Position numbers and translations under genes: made by a program. DNA of 63,720 nucleotides, counting the filler, from Choristocarpus tenellus KU-1152 (lineage: Eukaryota; Protista; Phaeophyceae): assembly GCA_964200185.2 (NCBI GenBank). It is 11 parts of 11 records of this genome, joined end to end, with 100 filler letters (N's around TTAATTAATTAA, not from the genome) between each part and the next. Parts side by side here need not be neighbours in the genome. Positions count along the whole stretch, not along the records: positions 9,837 to 22,971 come from CAXNAD020001576.1; positions 23,072 to 32,097 come from CAXNAD020004070.1; positions 32,198 to 37,358 come from CAXNAD020011662.1; 8 more parts are not named here. One strand, 5' to 3'. The notes below the pieces were generated by a model. That model did no database searches. It was given only the letters and a program-made list of their open reading frames with translations, and had not been told where the DNA came from. Shown here piece after piece: positions 13,101 through 35,138 of this stretch; within the stretch, counting starts at the first letter, position 1, and every line of letters starts with the position of its first letter.

Positions 13101-16100
13101 GACAGCTCAACCATTCAAATCTGCCATTACACTAAAGAATATCCAAAGAAAGGTCCAGAATAATTATGAGAAAATGCTATGGTTCTGAAGGGGGAAACAA
13201 CATACTAGTATGTTGGAGTATTGAGCATGGAGAGTCGTCCTATTGTGATATTATACGGGTCTTGGTTGTAGTACCTCCAAAGAAGTAGCTGGCCAGTGCA
13301 CCAATTATCAACAACAACCAGGGAGGTTATGAGGGCGTTTGCCAGAGATTGCCGCTCAAACTTGGACTTCACGAAGTTCTTGCACATGTCCTGCAACAGC
13401 GGGCATGACAAAGACAAAGATTACAATGTAAGCAGATAGGCGTCAAGATGCTAGACGCACGGAAATGCTGTGGTAGTACAGTTTGTCTTCATAAGGTGTG
13501 TCTCTGCAGAGTTCATCCACACATATATACTAACTCCATAGTGTTTGTCGTAACATTCGATTCTACATTACGTAGTGGTTTCTACATGGATGCGTCTAGC
13601 TAGATCTATTCCAAAAAAACAAGAGAAAGAGGAGTGATCTTCGTGCAACTAAATAGAAATAGCACTATACTCTTGTATGTTTCAGAAACTTCAAGAGACA
13701 CAAAAGTCAATTCGCGTACACTTCAAGGATAAGCTTACCGATGTCCCAGCACACTTGCCTTGTGTTGGGTGTTGAGTAAACCCAGTTTCCTCTCCAACTT
13801 TTCATAATTTCTTTGTGCGCATCTGAGCTTGCTTTCTAACTCAATCAATTTCCCAGTAAGAGAATCCGCCATTTGAGCCTGCTTTGTGAGTGCAGAGCAT
13901 CGAAAGATAGGCGGCAGGCTTTGAGTATCAAGCACAGTCCGATATTGGGCAAGTTTCTTGGAGAAATTTACTCACAACTGGAGCTCCACCTACAAGTACC
14001 CTCGAGGGTGTAGAAATTAGCTGGGAAATGCGGTTGTCAGTTGATGTGTAAGGAGTTTGGCAATGTGCTCAAGGTGTAATGATCAGCAAGATGAGGTGGT
14101 TATAACATGTCATTTCCATTGGATGCATTGACAATCTCTCAATATTTTTGACAATACCTCACAATGGAGTAGTGTCGATAAATGTCTTCAATGCAAACAT
14201 TGACATCAAATGGAGCACAACGAAGTTTAGCTGCTCATCATGTCAACATTACAACATAATGCAGGTTCGAATCTGAACTACTGTACTTTTGCATAGTTTT
14301 TGGATTCTATGGGTCTTAATTTTCCACCTTCAGAGTTAGCTCCTCTATGACCAACTGCGTAGCCTGGATAGCTTTAAGGTGCTTTTTGATTTCTGCATGA
14401 TTGTTCTCCACCTCTTGTTCCAGGTAGTCACGTTCCTTCACCACAGGTTGGAGATTCTGCTAGCAGAGTTCCAATTGTCAACAATGCGATGGAGTGCATT
14501 TCAAGATATTGTTGAGGCACTCTGACATGATCCAAGTATTAGTGTGCTGCTTTTGAAACACAACAAATGTTATACATATAGTCAGTATCTGGATACTGCA
14601 AACTGACCTGTGGGATTATCCATGATTTCAATTGCCCATCAGTCTTATATAATGTTTGAATCACGAGAAGATGGACGAGTGGGGGATCTATGAATACAAG
14701 GACAGTGATTTCTGGAACAGACTATAGGAGCTATAGCTATGATTGGGTATCAGGATTTTCATGCTGCTTGTGCGGCACATAGAGTGAAAGTATCTTAGAG
14801 GGTACGAGTTTTTCCCTGTTTGTCCATTTGGGGCTTGGCTTCCCATTGGTTCTTTTTGACATTTTCCTAGTCCAAAATGTTTAGGAGTAGGTGCAGTATG
14901 TATGTTATGAACAGGTGTGTCCAACACATAGATATTGACATTTCCTAACAAACATGATAGTCAACTTTATATCAAAATGACAACATTGGATTTTGGTTCC
15001 CAAATGGACATGGCTCTACCCTCTAAGATACTTTGGCTCATACCTTTATCTCTAAAACAAGAGTCTTTACTAGCTTCTGCTGAGCTACTAGCTCTGCCTT
15101 GACCACCTCTAGATGATCCGTTCGATCAGCAACCTGCTTTCAAGAAACAATAACAGTATGACGGAAACAGCAGAAACAAGCACTAAGAATTGCCATGCAA
15201 AAAAGGCAATAGAATAGACACAGCAGGGCATACATGGACCCACCAACAAGATAGAGATCCACACAGTGCGTCAGAGTGACAGATCTGGACTCTTTTGAAG
15301 CAAGTGCTAGACATTTTACTGGGAGTAGCATGTGCTAGTGCTTAGAAACAACTGACCATTGGTTATGTCGCCAACCCTCCTAGATATGCATCTTGGCAAA
15401 ATGCTGTGGGCAGTTTTCGCAACAAAGGAATGTGCAAACTCAAGCCTTGCAATAAAAGTATGTAATGTGTGCTCTAGAGCAATATGCAAACCTCCTTCTC
15501 AGTTCGATCTGCCCGTGCAGCTGCCTCATCCGCTCTGGATCGCTCCTTAATCGCTTCAGCCTCGAGTTGTGCTGCCCTAACGAGAAGATCCACAAAGGCC
15601 GCTCTCGATGCTTCCAGATCGTCTCTTACTGAAGCTAACAGTGCGTCCTGAGCATGAGCACTAGTATTTACCTGAAAAAAAAACCCATCATGTTGTAGCA
15701 GGGAGTCATGACCGTGCCAAGAACACCATGTTCCACATCTCTCACGAGAGCCTGAAGAAACTTCATACTTTTGATTTCCCAGGCCTGTGCCGTTTTGAAT
15801 GCATGTACCCATACATTCGATTCTAGAATCTAGTCTCCCCAAGAAATGACTTTTGTTGCCCACAGACGGAAACAAATCATCTTGTCTAAATAACACTAGG
15901 GGTAGGGCTTTGTCCTCGAAAAGATACTTGGAAGAGAGTTTCTTGATGCTGAAAGTTCAGGGATAGTTTGTCGTTTCCATTCTTCAGGTCTCAAAAATGA
16001 ATTTCAGATCATAGACCTGAGTTGAGGAAAGAGGGCTCAGGAAGTTCTTTTGAGCAAGCTAGCAAAGGCATAGTTCACCTTGATTAGTACCTGATACAGT

Positions 16101-19100
16101 AAGGATATACAAACCACAAGGAAACCCCGCATATATAGGGCACACAAGCTCCAAGGAATCATCCGCTGACCTGGTACACTATCCAGGTGCTGGAACAAGG
16201 TCAATCGTAAGAACTAGGAATACTCACTAGCAGGACTGCACACTAGCCCATGACCCTGCCTTTCTGATGTACGGCTTATGGTTTAACATGGCTAGTCCAG
16301 GGCAGCCGAAGGTTGTATCTGGACCAGGCCAAGAGCCGCCCCATAGCCACCGTTAAAACACACTTCAGGTACTATGGAGTAGATGGCACAGCACCAATCC
16401 AATCAGCTTTCAGTAGGCTTTATTTAGTGGAAATAATGCATGCAGCTGAAGAAATTAAAGACATACTTTTATTTTCATAGGTATTCTGGATAATTTGGGG
16501 TTCGGTCCAACACACCTTGGCTGGACCAGCCTGACCTGCCTGACTGAGTCAGTCCAATTATCGTACTGTTTATCCAGGGTCGTCAGATACTTCAACTGGA
16601 CCGAGCCGCAAACTCGACCAGGAAGAATGTGTTTCAACAAGAGCTGTTATAGTTTTGGACCACACCGGACCGCGAGCCGACCCCTGTGAAAAAATGTTGT
16701 AACAGGACTGGTACAGGGCCGTCAGAGATTGTGAGTGTACCACCAGGGCAGTTTGCAGCCCCGGTTTGGTCAGCCGGTCCAGTTGACTGCTCATCCAGAT
16801 AAACGCATTGCTATTACAGTCTCAGAAAGGACTTCTTGGGGCAAGGTGTGCTCTCTCTCAACAGGGGTAGCCTAGATTATTTGATTCAATAAAGACTTAG
16901 TCAGGGCTAGGGTCATCAGCACTCAGGGCTGGTCTGAAAGACCGGATTTTTTTATTAGTGAATCTGACAGGGGAAGTGTGTTACTACTTTAGGAGGCTGG
17001 TAGCATTACCCTATAGCATGAGCACACAGTCCCTTAAAATATTTAAGTTCTAGCCACACATGTTATGAAATTCCCCCAATAATATTTGTTGGATACCAAG
17101 AATAAGTGCTTCACCTCATTCTGGAAGTTGTTTTGTGGTTAACTTTCCGTTCTGTGCTGGTCTCTTCTCTTGGTGCCAACACACAATGGCACAGAATTAT
17201 ACAATCTAAGTGGGAGGGAGGGTCATGAGTTTGAACTAGTGTTCCTATTACTGCCTTGCGGTATTATATACTAGGGGGCGCTCCTGATTAGCAATGTGCT
17301 CACAGCCAATCTTCTTCTCCACCCTCACCCTCTTGAGGAGGGCTAATAGTATTTGAGGCATGTGCATGGTACATATATTGTACAAGATTTGAAGCCCCAT
17401 AAAACTCAAAAGGGTCAAAATTGTCCCCCATCCTAGGTGGTTTCACTCACAAGTTTCGATTCTGAGTCAAACTAAATTAGAGTTAGCCAGAGTTGCGTTT
17501 TAAAGATGCTGACAAATTTTCGCAAAAATCGTATTCTTAGTACAAGTGCGTATCGGATGTTTTCCGAATTGTTTCGATATTTTTCAAACAGCAGAGAAAT
17601 CAACGCCCTCAAGTCAAACTTAGCACATCATCCACAGAAAAAATGGGAGAATTGCAAAAGGTTGAAAAACTGACTTAACATATGCAACACACAAAACCTG
17701 AGTACCTCCTGTTTACTTTGGCTCTCTGTTCTGTCCTCCTCCATATCATTGTCCATTGCCCGTTGCCTTGATATTCACATGAAGATCATAGAGTTTGAAA
17801 GTCAAAACGAATTAAGGGTAATTCAAGGTTAAACCTTTCCCCCTAGTTGACACTACTAGCAATCCACTCGATTGTAGATGGGCATATAAACCTTAACATA
17901 CTATGGTGTAGGATACATTTCCCGGTACAAACTTATATCTGGACCTTTTTCTCCTCCATCTAGAATCAAAGCTTACCTCTCCACATGAAGAAAGCATGTT
18001 TTACTGTATAGAAAAAAATGGAGATTAATGGACCTAGCCCAATAGGGCTCTCATAGTATTGTCATTGATACAAGTGCATCTCTGAAGTCCAAAGAGTGTT
18101 TAGTGTTTCTTCAGACACTTGTGAGCACCTAGTGTATGCTGTCACTGACCTTAACTGTGGCATTCACGGTATTGTAAGTGCTACTCTGAATGCATGCCCC
18201 TTGTGGATTGTGGATATAGTGCAAAGCACATCAAGCACACAAGATTCCATTTCACTGGTCAAGTCAGAGAGGAAAAAACGAGATAAATTTGAAAATCATT
18301 GTAGATTCGAAAATATTGCAGAGGAGATGAGAAGTTCATCAATTCAAGATGACGGCCAAACTATCTGGTTTCTAGACTCACGGGTTTGCCTTGGGTACTG
18401 AGTCACCCTCTCCTAAGGCGGTGGTGATGACTGGTCCAAGTTCAACACGAGCCAGATCTTCAACGTCCAGGCTGACTAGTGGGTGAGAAGTGGGGAGGTT
18501 GCCCACCATCATGTGTTAGTTTTGACAAAAGGGGTAATATCAATATCAATATCAATATCTGATACGTGTTTTTCAATTATCCAAGGTGTACTTCTAAAGT
18601 GATTACCCTGATGTGCTTGGCGTACTTGAGACACGTAATACGTAGTATGCCCAACAATTTGGGGGTAATACAGGTGCCATAAGTTTGTGCCGACTGAGAC
18701 AAGGAGAGTCCTATGAACCAGGCGCAACAGTACATACCTAAGTCCTATCATATGTACTCTGATATTGAAACGAACCTCTCATGATAATAATAAAAAAAGT
18801 TATATACAGGCACGGCAACCTGGCAAGCTGCACGCCGGTAGGCTCTTGAGGTAAATTCGCTGACTGCAGAGTTCAAAACTAACAAAGGTAATGTAGAGAT
18901 CATGTGTCTTTATGTCAATGGCTCACCATTTGGGGTGTTCAATGCAAAAAAAATGAGCAAAATGTGGTGTCCAGCTCCACTCTCCTCTATCTGTTGTCGT
19001 TTCTCTACTCATTCACCTTCAAAATCTGCACTGGTTTCATTGCCTCCAGGGTCGTCCTGGATCAATCCACCAGTCTCATGATCATTGCCATGATCGTTGC

Positions 19101-22100
19101 CATCGCTGTTTTCCTGGGCGTCTCTGACATGTGGACTAATAGTGTTATCTTGCCCCCTTATCTGATGCCAGAGGGGACCAGAAGTGAACAAAGAGGGAGC
19201 ATGGTTCTCTTCTGGACGTGAGTCAAGTGTATCCATAACACTGGACAAGGTATTAGCTTCATTCGCACAATAGAATATAATCAGGCATAGATAGCTCAAG
19301 ATACCCAACCCTTCACGCATGTCAAAGATATTAGTAGTACTAATCTTTTTTTGTAGAGGGTATGGTAGTGATAACAACTGTAGAGATGATGTGACCAAAT
19401 TAGAAACATGTAGTGTAAGGGCAGCGGGGGTAACAGCCATATGCAAAGCTCCATGTGGAGTTCAGCACGTTGTTGGTAGTGTTGACAGATTTGCTTGTCC
19501 ACACACTACAGACCAAGGTGTCGGCACCCTATCTAGCCAATAGACATACTTTAAAACATTCCAGTAGGCTAACTACATCAATGTGGAACATTGTATCCTA
19601 GAGGGGGTTTCAGGCGTCCACTGGGGGCCTGTGTGTCCCTGTAGTGATTTCCACGTCACTTGAGTGAACGTGTCAGATGTAAGGGCAATTGTCTTCGTCT
19701 GAATGCCCCTTACTCTTTCATCCCCTTGCCTGAACAAAATTCAATGGAAAATCATTCACAAAACGGGTATAAAATATATTTTTAAATTGGGTTATCTTCC
19801 AACATCAAGCCCGAATGGATAACCTGGGGTAAACATCCCCCTCTCTAGGATACTATGACCCTTGGTTAGAAAAAGAGCAAGTGGAATATTTCCATAACTC
19901 AAGGTGAAACTCAAGTGTGTTTGTAGCAGTGCAAGTGCTCTGAGAGAGGAATTGGACATTGTGAGCATAGAACACCATTGTGGTCACTGCCATTGGGGAG
20001 AGCCTAAACAACCTAAGGCATGCTATCAATTCTTTTCCTCCTGAGAAATTGTTGATTCAGCTACAAATGACACCCTCCATGCTTCAGTAGCCTCAGTAAC
20101 TCATGTGCAAACGACCCTTGATATACATTGGGAAGGATGGCAGCCTTTTTGACTAATTTTTTCGACACCATTATTGACCACATACAAATGACATTCGGCA
20201 CCTCGTCTCCATGGTCTTCTGCCTCCTGAAGGTCAATTATCTTCTGTTTGAGACACGCCACTTCCTCTCTCAGATTACCCTCTGTAGCCTTCGAATTTCT
20301 CAAGAGTTTTTTAACCTCAAGTGTTGTCAGAGTAGCCGGGGGTCAAAAAAGGAATCAGCTTAGTCATGCTGGTCAAAAACCATGGAGATGACGAGAAACT
20401 GTCGATGGTAGGCGTTTTCTTGTTTCAAGGTATTTTTTTTTTCTTTCCATCATTTTGTCCCCTGCATACCCCTGCCTGAAGGCTGTATGTACACAGCATG
20501 CATTTCATGCTCTTATTTATGCTTTCAATTACTTAAGAGCACGTACACGACAACATTTCAGTTGTTGATAAAAACTTGTTGGTGAATATTGGCAGGTAGA
20601 CTGTTTCTACCCCTCCCCAAAACTCACACTCAATGCAACAACCTTCACTTGAAGAGGGACCCCAGCAGTGAAGCCCTACCCCAAACACATACACTCTATA
20701 CATATACCTTTTGTGCTTTTTGTTCTTGATCCTGAACAGCCTCCTGCAGCACGGTGAGCTTTTCTGCCTGCCAAGGAGACCACGATTGGCTTTTTGTGCA
20801 TTAATTGAAGCGGTGTTCACGCTTGGACCTCTGCCACACTACTTTCACAAAACCTCAACAAGTGATGCAACCCTACGAGGTCTCATATTTCACAAGAATT
20901 GCACAAGTGAGATCCCCTGATGGGTTTCAAATTCGGAGAGGGATGCGGTGTATTTCTGGTCGTAGATGAGACAGCTGGGCAGAATTATTACCAAGCAAGC
21001 AAATGACCTCATTCGGCCTTCTCTACTCAGTACTTCCATGGGAAATAGTAGCAGCACATGCAAGACTTAGGAAAACTTGTACTAGGATGTGTTGATATGG
21101 CCGGGATTTTGACTGCCTGGCCTTTTGAGTGGGGTTGTCAGAGTCCATTGTGCAACACAGGTAAACTTGCTTGTAAATATCAAGGCATCACCTTGTTGCT
21201 AATACTCAGCAATATATCTTTTGCAGCAGTCTTGGAGCAACTGACAGTAGTCTCACGACAACACTCTTCAAGGCGAGCCAAAGTATCGTAGAGGGTAGAT
21301 CCACGTCCATATGGGGACCAAAATCCAATGTTGCGATTTCGATGTAATTTTGGCTATCTTGTTTGTTAGGAAGTGTCAATATCCTTGTTCCGGACACACC
21401 TTTTCATAACTTATGCATTTTACCTACTTCAAATTATTTGGAGTAGGAAAACGTCATAAAAACCCTGAGGGAAGCCAAGCCCCAAATGGACAAACAGGGC
21501 AAATCGCGTACCCTCTAAGATACTTCATTCAGGTGCCACATTCAGGGTAGAGACAGCAAAGCGCGTCTCAGCTCTAGCACATGGTTTGAGATAGCATGGT
21601 ATATAAGGTGAAGAGGATAGTATGCTGGGGCTCAGCAACTTGTCAAACCTACTGCAGCACTCTATATATACGTGCTCTTCACATACTCTGCTTGCACACA
21701 TCGTTCTTGTGATTTGAAAGACCCTTCCAAACATTTACCTGCGATTTTTGGTCCAATTCGCTTAGTTCCTGTCTCTCCTGCTCTACTCTCAATTGGGATT
21801 CCAGCTTCATAATCTGTTTGGGGTTGAAAGTTCTGCGCAGGTCAGTCTGCCTTGAATCTTGAGTTCATGCTACAGTTAAGAGAGGAGTAAAAGATATAGT
21901 ACTTGGTACACACTGTAGATAGGGATTGTCTTCAGAAACAGTAAGATCTGTGAGATGAAAATAAGACTAGAGACATAAAGATGCAGTTTCATAACCAGGC
22001 ATACATCATCGTCTTCTAACCTTAGCATCCATTTCCTTCGATGTTTGAAGCTGAGTCTTGAGATCAACGGTCTCTCCTTCTAGCTCTTCCACCCTTCTAT

Positions 22101-22843
22101 TTGCTATCCGCAGACGAGAGATGAGGCGATGCCTTTCTTCTACAAGGGAAGCTACCGCTTCTGGTCCAGCTTCTGATAGTTTGCTCTTGAGAACAGCTAC
22201 TTCCTGGCAGATAGATCCGCATACTCTTGAAGGTGAGCAAGCTTGAGTTATGATTGACATTGATTACTCAGCACTTCAAAGAGGTAACATATTATATACA
22301 GAAAAGTTTGTCTGTCAGTGGTTATACACATTATGTGAGATACATGGTCCTCTGGAAAAGGGAACACAAAGGGAAAGCTTTGGGTCTACTTCAAAATACA
22401 AGACAGGTGATGCCATTTAGGGGGTTAGTGCAACGAGTGGCTTTGTAAGAAAATTCTGACTACTATTTCAGCTGCTAGAGACCTGCAAGGTTATCCAGGG
22501 AGAGACTTGTTGACAAGATATAGGAAGGATATAGGACGTGGCCAGGGAGCAACCTCATAACAAGCTATAGGAAGCTACACTTGGCCTGATTGGAAACACC
22601 AATGCCAACTGCTACAGATAGAAGAATGCTGTTCAATTGTAAGGTGCAAGTTGACTCCCTCACCTTGAGAAGTACGCCCTTTACATGATCCAGTCTTTGC
22701 TGGGAATCTAGTCCCTTTCTGCGAGCAATCTCTGAGCTTGCCTTGGAGTTGGCAAGCTCTAAACTAGTTTCTGTCAGCTTCTCCTTCAGTGAAACGATAG
22801 TTTGCTGCAGCTGTATCCTCTCTCCAGTATTGAGATGGATAAT
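10194..22843 (-). CDS. Long multi-exon coiled-coil protein, partial, function unknown
   Basis: GT-AG flanked exons with heptad-like E/K/Q/L-rich translations. Examples: 22843-22664 (ERIQLQQTIVSLKEKLTETSLELANS), 22203-22021 (EVAVLKSKLSE...RRVEELEGETVDLKTQL), 21813-21739, ~20330-20202, ~15671-15492 (DDLEASRAAFVDLL), 15133-15044, ~14456-14328, ~13878-13739, ~12633-12322, ~11435-11339, ~11150-10971, ~10306-10194. Several boundaries are approximate and some exons may be missed. Confidence 0.8.
12754..13011. mobile_element. MITE family A, full 258-bp copy, intronic
   Basis: GAGTCAAAGTAACTTAGAAGGTA...TACTTTCACTC; AAT/AAT duplication. Confidence 0.92.
14782..15039. mobile_element. MITE family A, full 258-bp copy next to a splice donor
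   Basis: TIRs intact; ATA/ATA duplication; lies 4 nt from exon 15044-15133. Confidence 0.92.
21275..21530. mobile_element. MITE family A, full copy, intronic
   Basis: GAGCCAAAGTATCGTAGAGGGTA...CTCTAAGATACTTCATTC; flanks AGGC/AGGT. Confidence 0.9.
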
Positions 22844-23346
22844 CTGGTCCCGATATGATATATTTTCGTGAGGTGCACATAGGTGATAATTCCTACATTG
22901 TGGCACAGACCCAAAGTATCTGGGAGGGGGCGGGGGGTCTACACCAGGGTGTCCATTTGGACCAAAATCAGNNNNNNNNNNNNNNNNNNNNNNNNNNNNN
23001 NNNNNNNNNNNNNNNTTAATTAATTAANNNNNNNNNNNNNNNNNNNNNNNNNNNNNNNNNNNNNNNNNNNNTTTTGTGCATTTTTGAGGGGTGAGGGGGA
23101 GAGGAAGGGGGGGGGGTCTTGGGCAAATCAGCCCCTAGTCCCCACCCATTCAATACGGCAATGATCATGCTCACCCCTCTATTAAGCTTTCAAGAAGACT
23201 GACCACACAAATGCAGCAACTTCCAAGGTGTTTATTCTCACTTGCACTCCGAAGGAAACAAGGTAGCACCCATAACCCTTGCCCTATCCCTAATTGCCAA
23301 CAAAACAACTACACACAGCAACAACAAACTAAACACAGGAACTAAC

Positions 23347-31663
<8,317 letters not shown>

Positions 31664-32197
31664 TCAGTTAGCTGCAACACAGTACCCAGTGACTTCAGAC
31701 TGAGAGATGAGAAAATCTATAGGCTGCAAGTAAAAGTAAACATCACACAGCGTAAATAATGCCTGCGTGTAGTGCAACCTCAATACACAACCCCTCTAAT
31801 GCTAACCCTTACCCCCAAATTATTGTTGCAGTATCTTGATATCACCTACTCCAGAATAAAGAATAACACTTAAAGTGTGGTCGCTTCCACTGAATGCACT
31901 AACCCTAACCCTAACCTGGCCTCAAAGGTAGAACCTGATAGGCACCCAATCAAAGCAAACCAACCACTCTCCCCTTCCACATCACATCACATATGATTTT
32001 CCTCCTGAGTTAGCCTGAGTTCTCACCCCCCACCCGTCCTACCACACACCACCAGAGACAACCGGCCAACCACAACAAACTCCCCAAACCCCCCCCCNNN
32101 NNNNNNNNNNNNNNNNNNNNNNNNNNNNNNNNNNNNNNNNNTTAATTAATTAANNNNNNNNNNNNNNNNNNNNNNNNNNNNNNNNNNNNNNNNNNNN

Positions 32198-32234
<37 letters not shown>

Positions 32235-32457
32235 GAGGATCTACACCAGGATGTCCATTCGGGCCTTGACCAGGAAAAGTGTACTTACATTATCCATTCA
32301 ACACATGCAACCAAATCGCACAAAAATAGAGACGTGGAAAAATGGGCCCTAAATGGACAGCCCCCCCCAGATACTTTTGGCCTGACTTTTGGCCTAATGT
32401 TTTATTTGAAATGTTTCCATAAATTGAATGCACGAACGACCTCTCAACTTGATACAG

Positions 32458-32583
32458 GGTGAATATATAGAGGCTGAAGTAATGTACAGAAAAATCATAG
32501 CGATTGATGAGAATCTTCTCGGAGCGGACCACCCGGATTTAGCTGCTCACCTCAACAATTTGGCACTATTGCTGAACAGTCAG
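32458..32583 (+). CDS. Single 42-aa TPR exon (kinesin-light-chain/NB-ARC-TPR type), phase 0-0
   Basis: ...gatacAG|GGT...CAG|GTgaga; exactly 126 nt; GEYIEAEVMYRKIIAIDENLLGADHPDLAAHLNNLALLLNSQ. Matches the G-HP-A-LNNLA TPR_12 consensus. Not in the ORF track. Confidence 0.9.
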
Positions 32584-32919
32584 GTGAGAATGGGAAACGA
32601 CCAATAGGTGCCCTGTTTGAGAGAGGGGAACATGTTGCAAGCTAGGGTGATGTTCCTTCCTCCAATGAATCCAATTTGTTGCATTTATCGAGGAAGAGCG
32701 AAAGGAATGAACAAGTACCTCCTCCCCATATATGGTTGTCTGTACTCAAGGCCAAGCTAAGTCGGAAAATCTCGTTTTTGAGACAGAGATATCTTACGAA
32801 GGGGGATCCATTTTACCTTGTTGTCAATCATGAATTGTGGAGTATTGTGTGATTTGGAGAAGTTATACGTTCTGTTTGTTGGTACTTTATGTGTGCCTCC
32901 AATCCATCCTGATTGCACA

Positions 32920-32957
<38 letters not shown>

Positions 32958-33249
32958 AAAAAGTGTTTCATGTTTGTGCTATTGGAACTTTTGTGTGATA
33001 GTAATCGGGTATTGTTGTGGTTCCAATCAAGTACGAACGAGAAGTAACAACTACCATGAAATAGTATAGGAATATGATCAAGATCTTAATATAATAATAT
33101 AAAAGATAAGAGAGCGGTTGACATCGGTTAACTAGGAATGTTCTGATCTGTTAATGTCATGTACAACCAATCTTCTGAAGAGTGGTGGGGGTCATCACGA
33201 TCACTTTAACATCCTATACTGAACATCGCCATGAAGCGCTCATCTGATC

Positions 33250-34900
33250 CTAGTATTGAAGGTTGGTGTTGTCTACTTGTGGGGAAGAGGTCACCCCATA
33301 TTGCAAACTTCGCCGTCAGGACGACGAGGGAGATGAAGGCCCTCTTTGGAGGAAACCTTGCTGCCCGGCATGGGTTGGTGGGTGTTCAAGGAGGGTCGTG
33401 AGACGTAGTCCAACAGAGGACTGCGTTGACCTCCATGTCTTACATGAGATTGGATACAAAGTTAAGATCACGACAATGATTAGTGATGTTGGCGACTTAG
33501 GCTTGGTGACTTAGGCTTGGTGAGGAATCAAGCAGAAATGAACGGCGTTGCAGTGCTTGAAATCATCCATCTCATCTTGACTGGTAACAATGTGTGAGTG
33601 TGCGTCACTATCGAATGTGAGATCTTCTCTGTACTCCACCTGGTGTTCGCTGATTGATTGATAAATTTTGTTCCAGTCTGGGGGTGCAGTCATGTATCCT
33701 ACCTACCTAGTTGGTGTTGATTTGACCTACCTTGTTGGTGTTAATTTGGTGGCGAGTTAATGCCAAATCGACGTGGTAGGATATGTGGCTGTGTGCCTGC
33801 TGTTGTGTGCCTGGATTGGCACAGGTGGAGGACTTATCAGCGAACACCAGGTGGAGTATGGAAATATTTCCTTCGTGGTTGTTTGATAGTGGTGTGGTGC
33901 AAGTTCATACGTTGTTTTAAGCCAAGGTGGGATGGACGATTTGAAGTATTGCAAGGGTTAGGTGGCTGGCCGTTGGGGTTGTGAGGGATCTCATTATTTT
34001 GGGGATGGGTAACCCTAACCCTAACCCTAACCCTAATTGAACATTGAATGTGAGCTTCAGGGAGACAGTATTGGTTTTACCCTGAGTGGTGTGTTGGTAT
34101 TCCCATCAATGGGGGTTAGGGTATTTTCGATGAAGTGGGGAAGTAAGGCGTGTCAGGCTTGATGTCAGCACGCAAGGGAGATGACAAAGTACTGATTCAT
34201 GGTACTTTGGAGGTAGAGCACATTTGGGTTAGGGTTAGGGTTAGGGTTAGGGTTAATCGTTCATAGAGGAAAAGAAAGGTCGTGCAGTGTTTGTTCTGCA
34301 TACAATGTGGATCCCAAGGTGACCGAATATATGCTGTTCATATGGCTGTTCCCATGAAGTATTGTTTGGATCATGGGATGAAGAGCATGGAGACAGGGAT
34401 GACTGTGAAGAGGACATGAGGTCAATGATTGAGATGGAGTGATCTGAGTTGATCCATGTGATCATAGACCCATGCCATTCGCCGCACACCTGTACAACAA
34501 GATCGGAAGTTGATGACTTTCGTGTTATGAGCACAGTGGGGAGGGCGGTTGTGACCAGTGCTGACATAGCACTGGGTGTCAAGAGCAGGGGAGTGTGTCA
34601 AGAAGTGTTTTGTCTTTTGTCCTATTGACAATATTGTGTGATAGTGAACGGAACAATTGATACTGTACTTCAGGTGAAGTACATACTAGAACTTAGAAAG
34701 TAAGAAGAAACAGTACAGGAAAGAGAGCGAGTTGTCCACCCAAGATGAAGGGTGACTGGCATTTGTTTGACCAGGAGAACAAGGAGTTGGTGACAAATAG
34801 TAGGTTAGGTAAAGATTGCCCTCATGGAGAAGTGGAGCTCGCTTTGTTCTAAGCAGTGGATTGATAACGTGTACAACCAACCTCATGGAGAGTGCTGGGG
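33250..34900 (-). mobile_element. Possible decayed Copia gag-protease relic in the intron between the TPR exons
   Basis: TFDSDAHSHIV (~33590-33620) resembles the Copia protease DSGAxxH motif. The flanking ORFs are broken. Confidence 0.3.
34226..34255. repeat. Interstitial telomere-like (TTAGGG)n tract; similar tracts at ~31082-31108, 31900-31916, 34011-34036, 62395-62412 and 63294-63308
   Basis: GGGTTAGGGTTAGGGTTAGGGTTAGGGTTA. Confidence 0.85.
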
Positions 34901-35014
34901 GTCATCGTGTTTGCTTTAACCTTAATCCTTTGTATTTTTGGCAAGAGTGTGGTTGGTATTTCTTAATCATATGATGCTCCGTGGTGTCCTCAAAAAATTC
35001 TGCTCGTGTACCAG

Positions 35015-35138
35015 ATGTTTAATGTTTAATGTTTAATGTTAATGTTTATTGTTTGATGTTAATGTTTAATGTTAATGTTTAGTGTTTAATGTTAATGTTT
35101 AGTGTTTTAATGTTAATGTTTAACGTTTAACGTTTAAT
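35015..35138. repeat. (AATGTTT/AATGTT)n microsatellite
   Basis: Directly visible tandem 6-7-mers. Confidence 0.93.

Noticed and set aside
16540-16620. Possible hammerhead ribozyme (CTGACGA on the - strand)
   Set aside because: The required GAAA core and closing stems are not present.
19250-19700. Weak integrase-like fragments here and at ~53560-53800, and Copia-like RRSAR at ~52735
   Set aside because: Too decayed to define boundaries or motifs reliably by eye.
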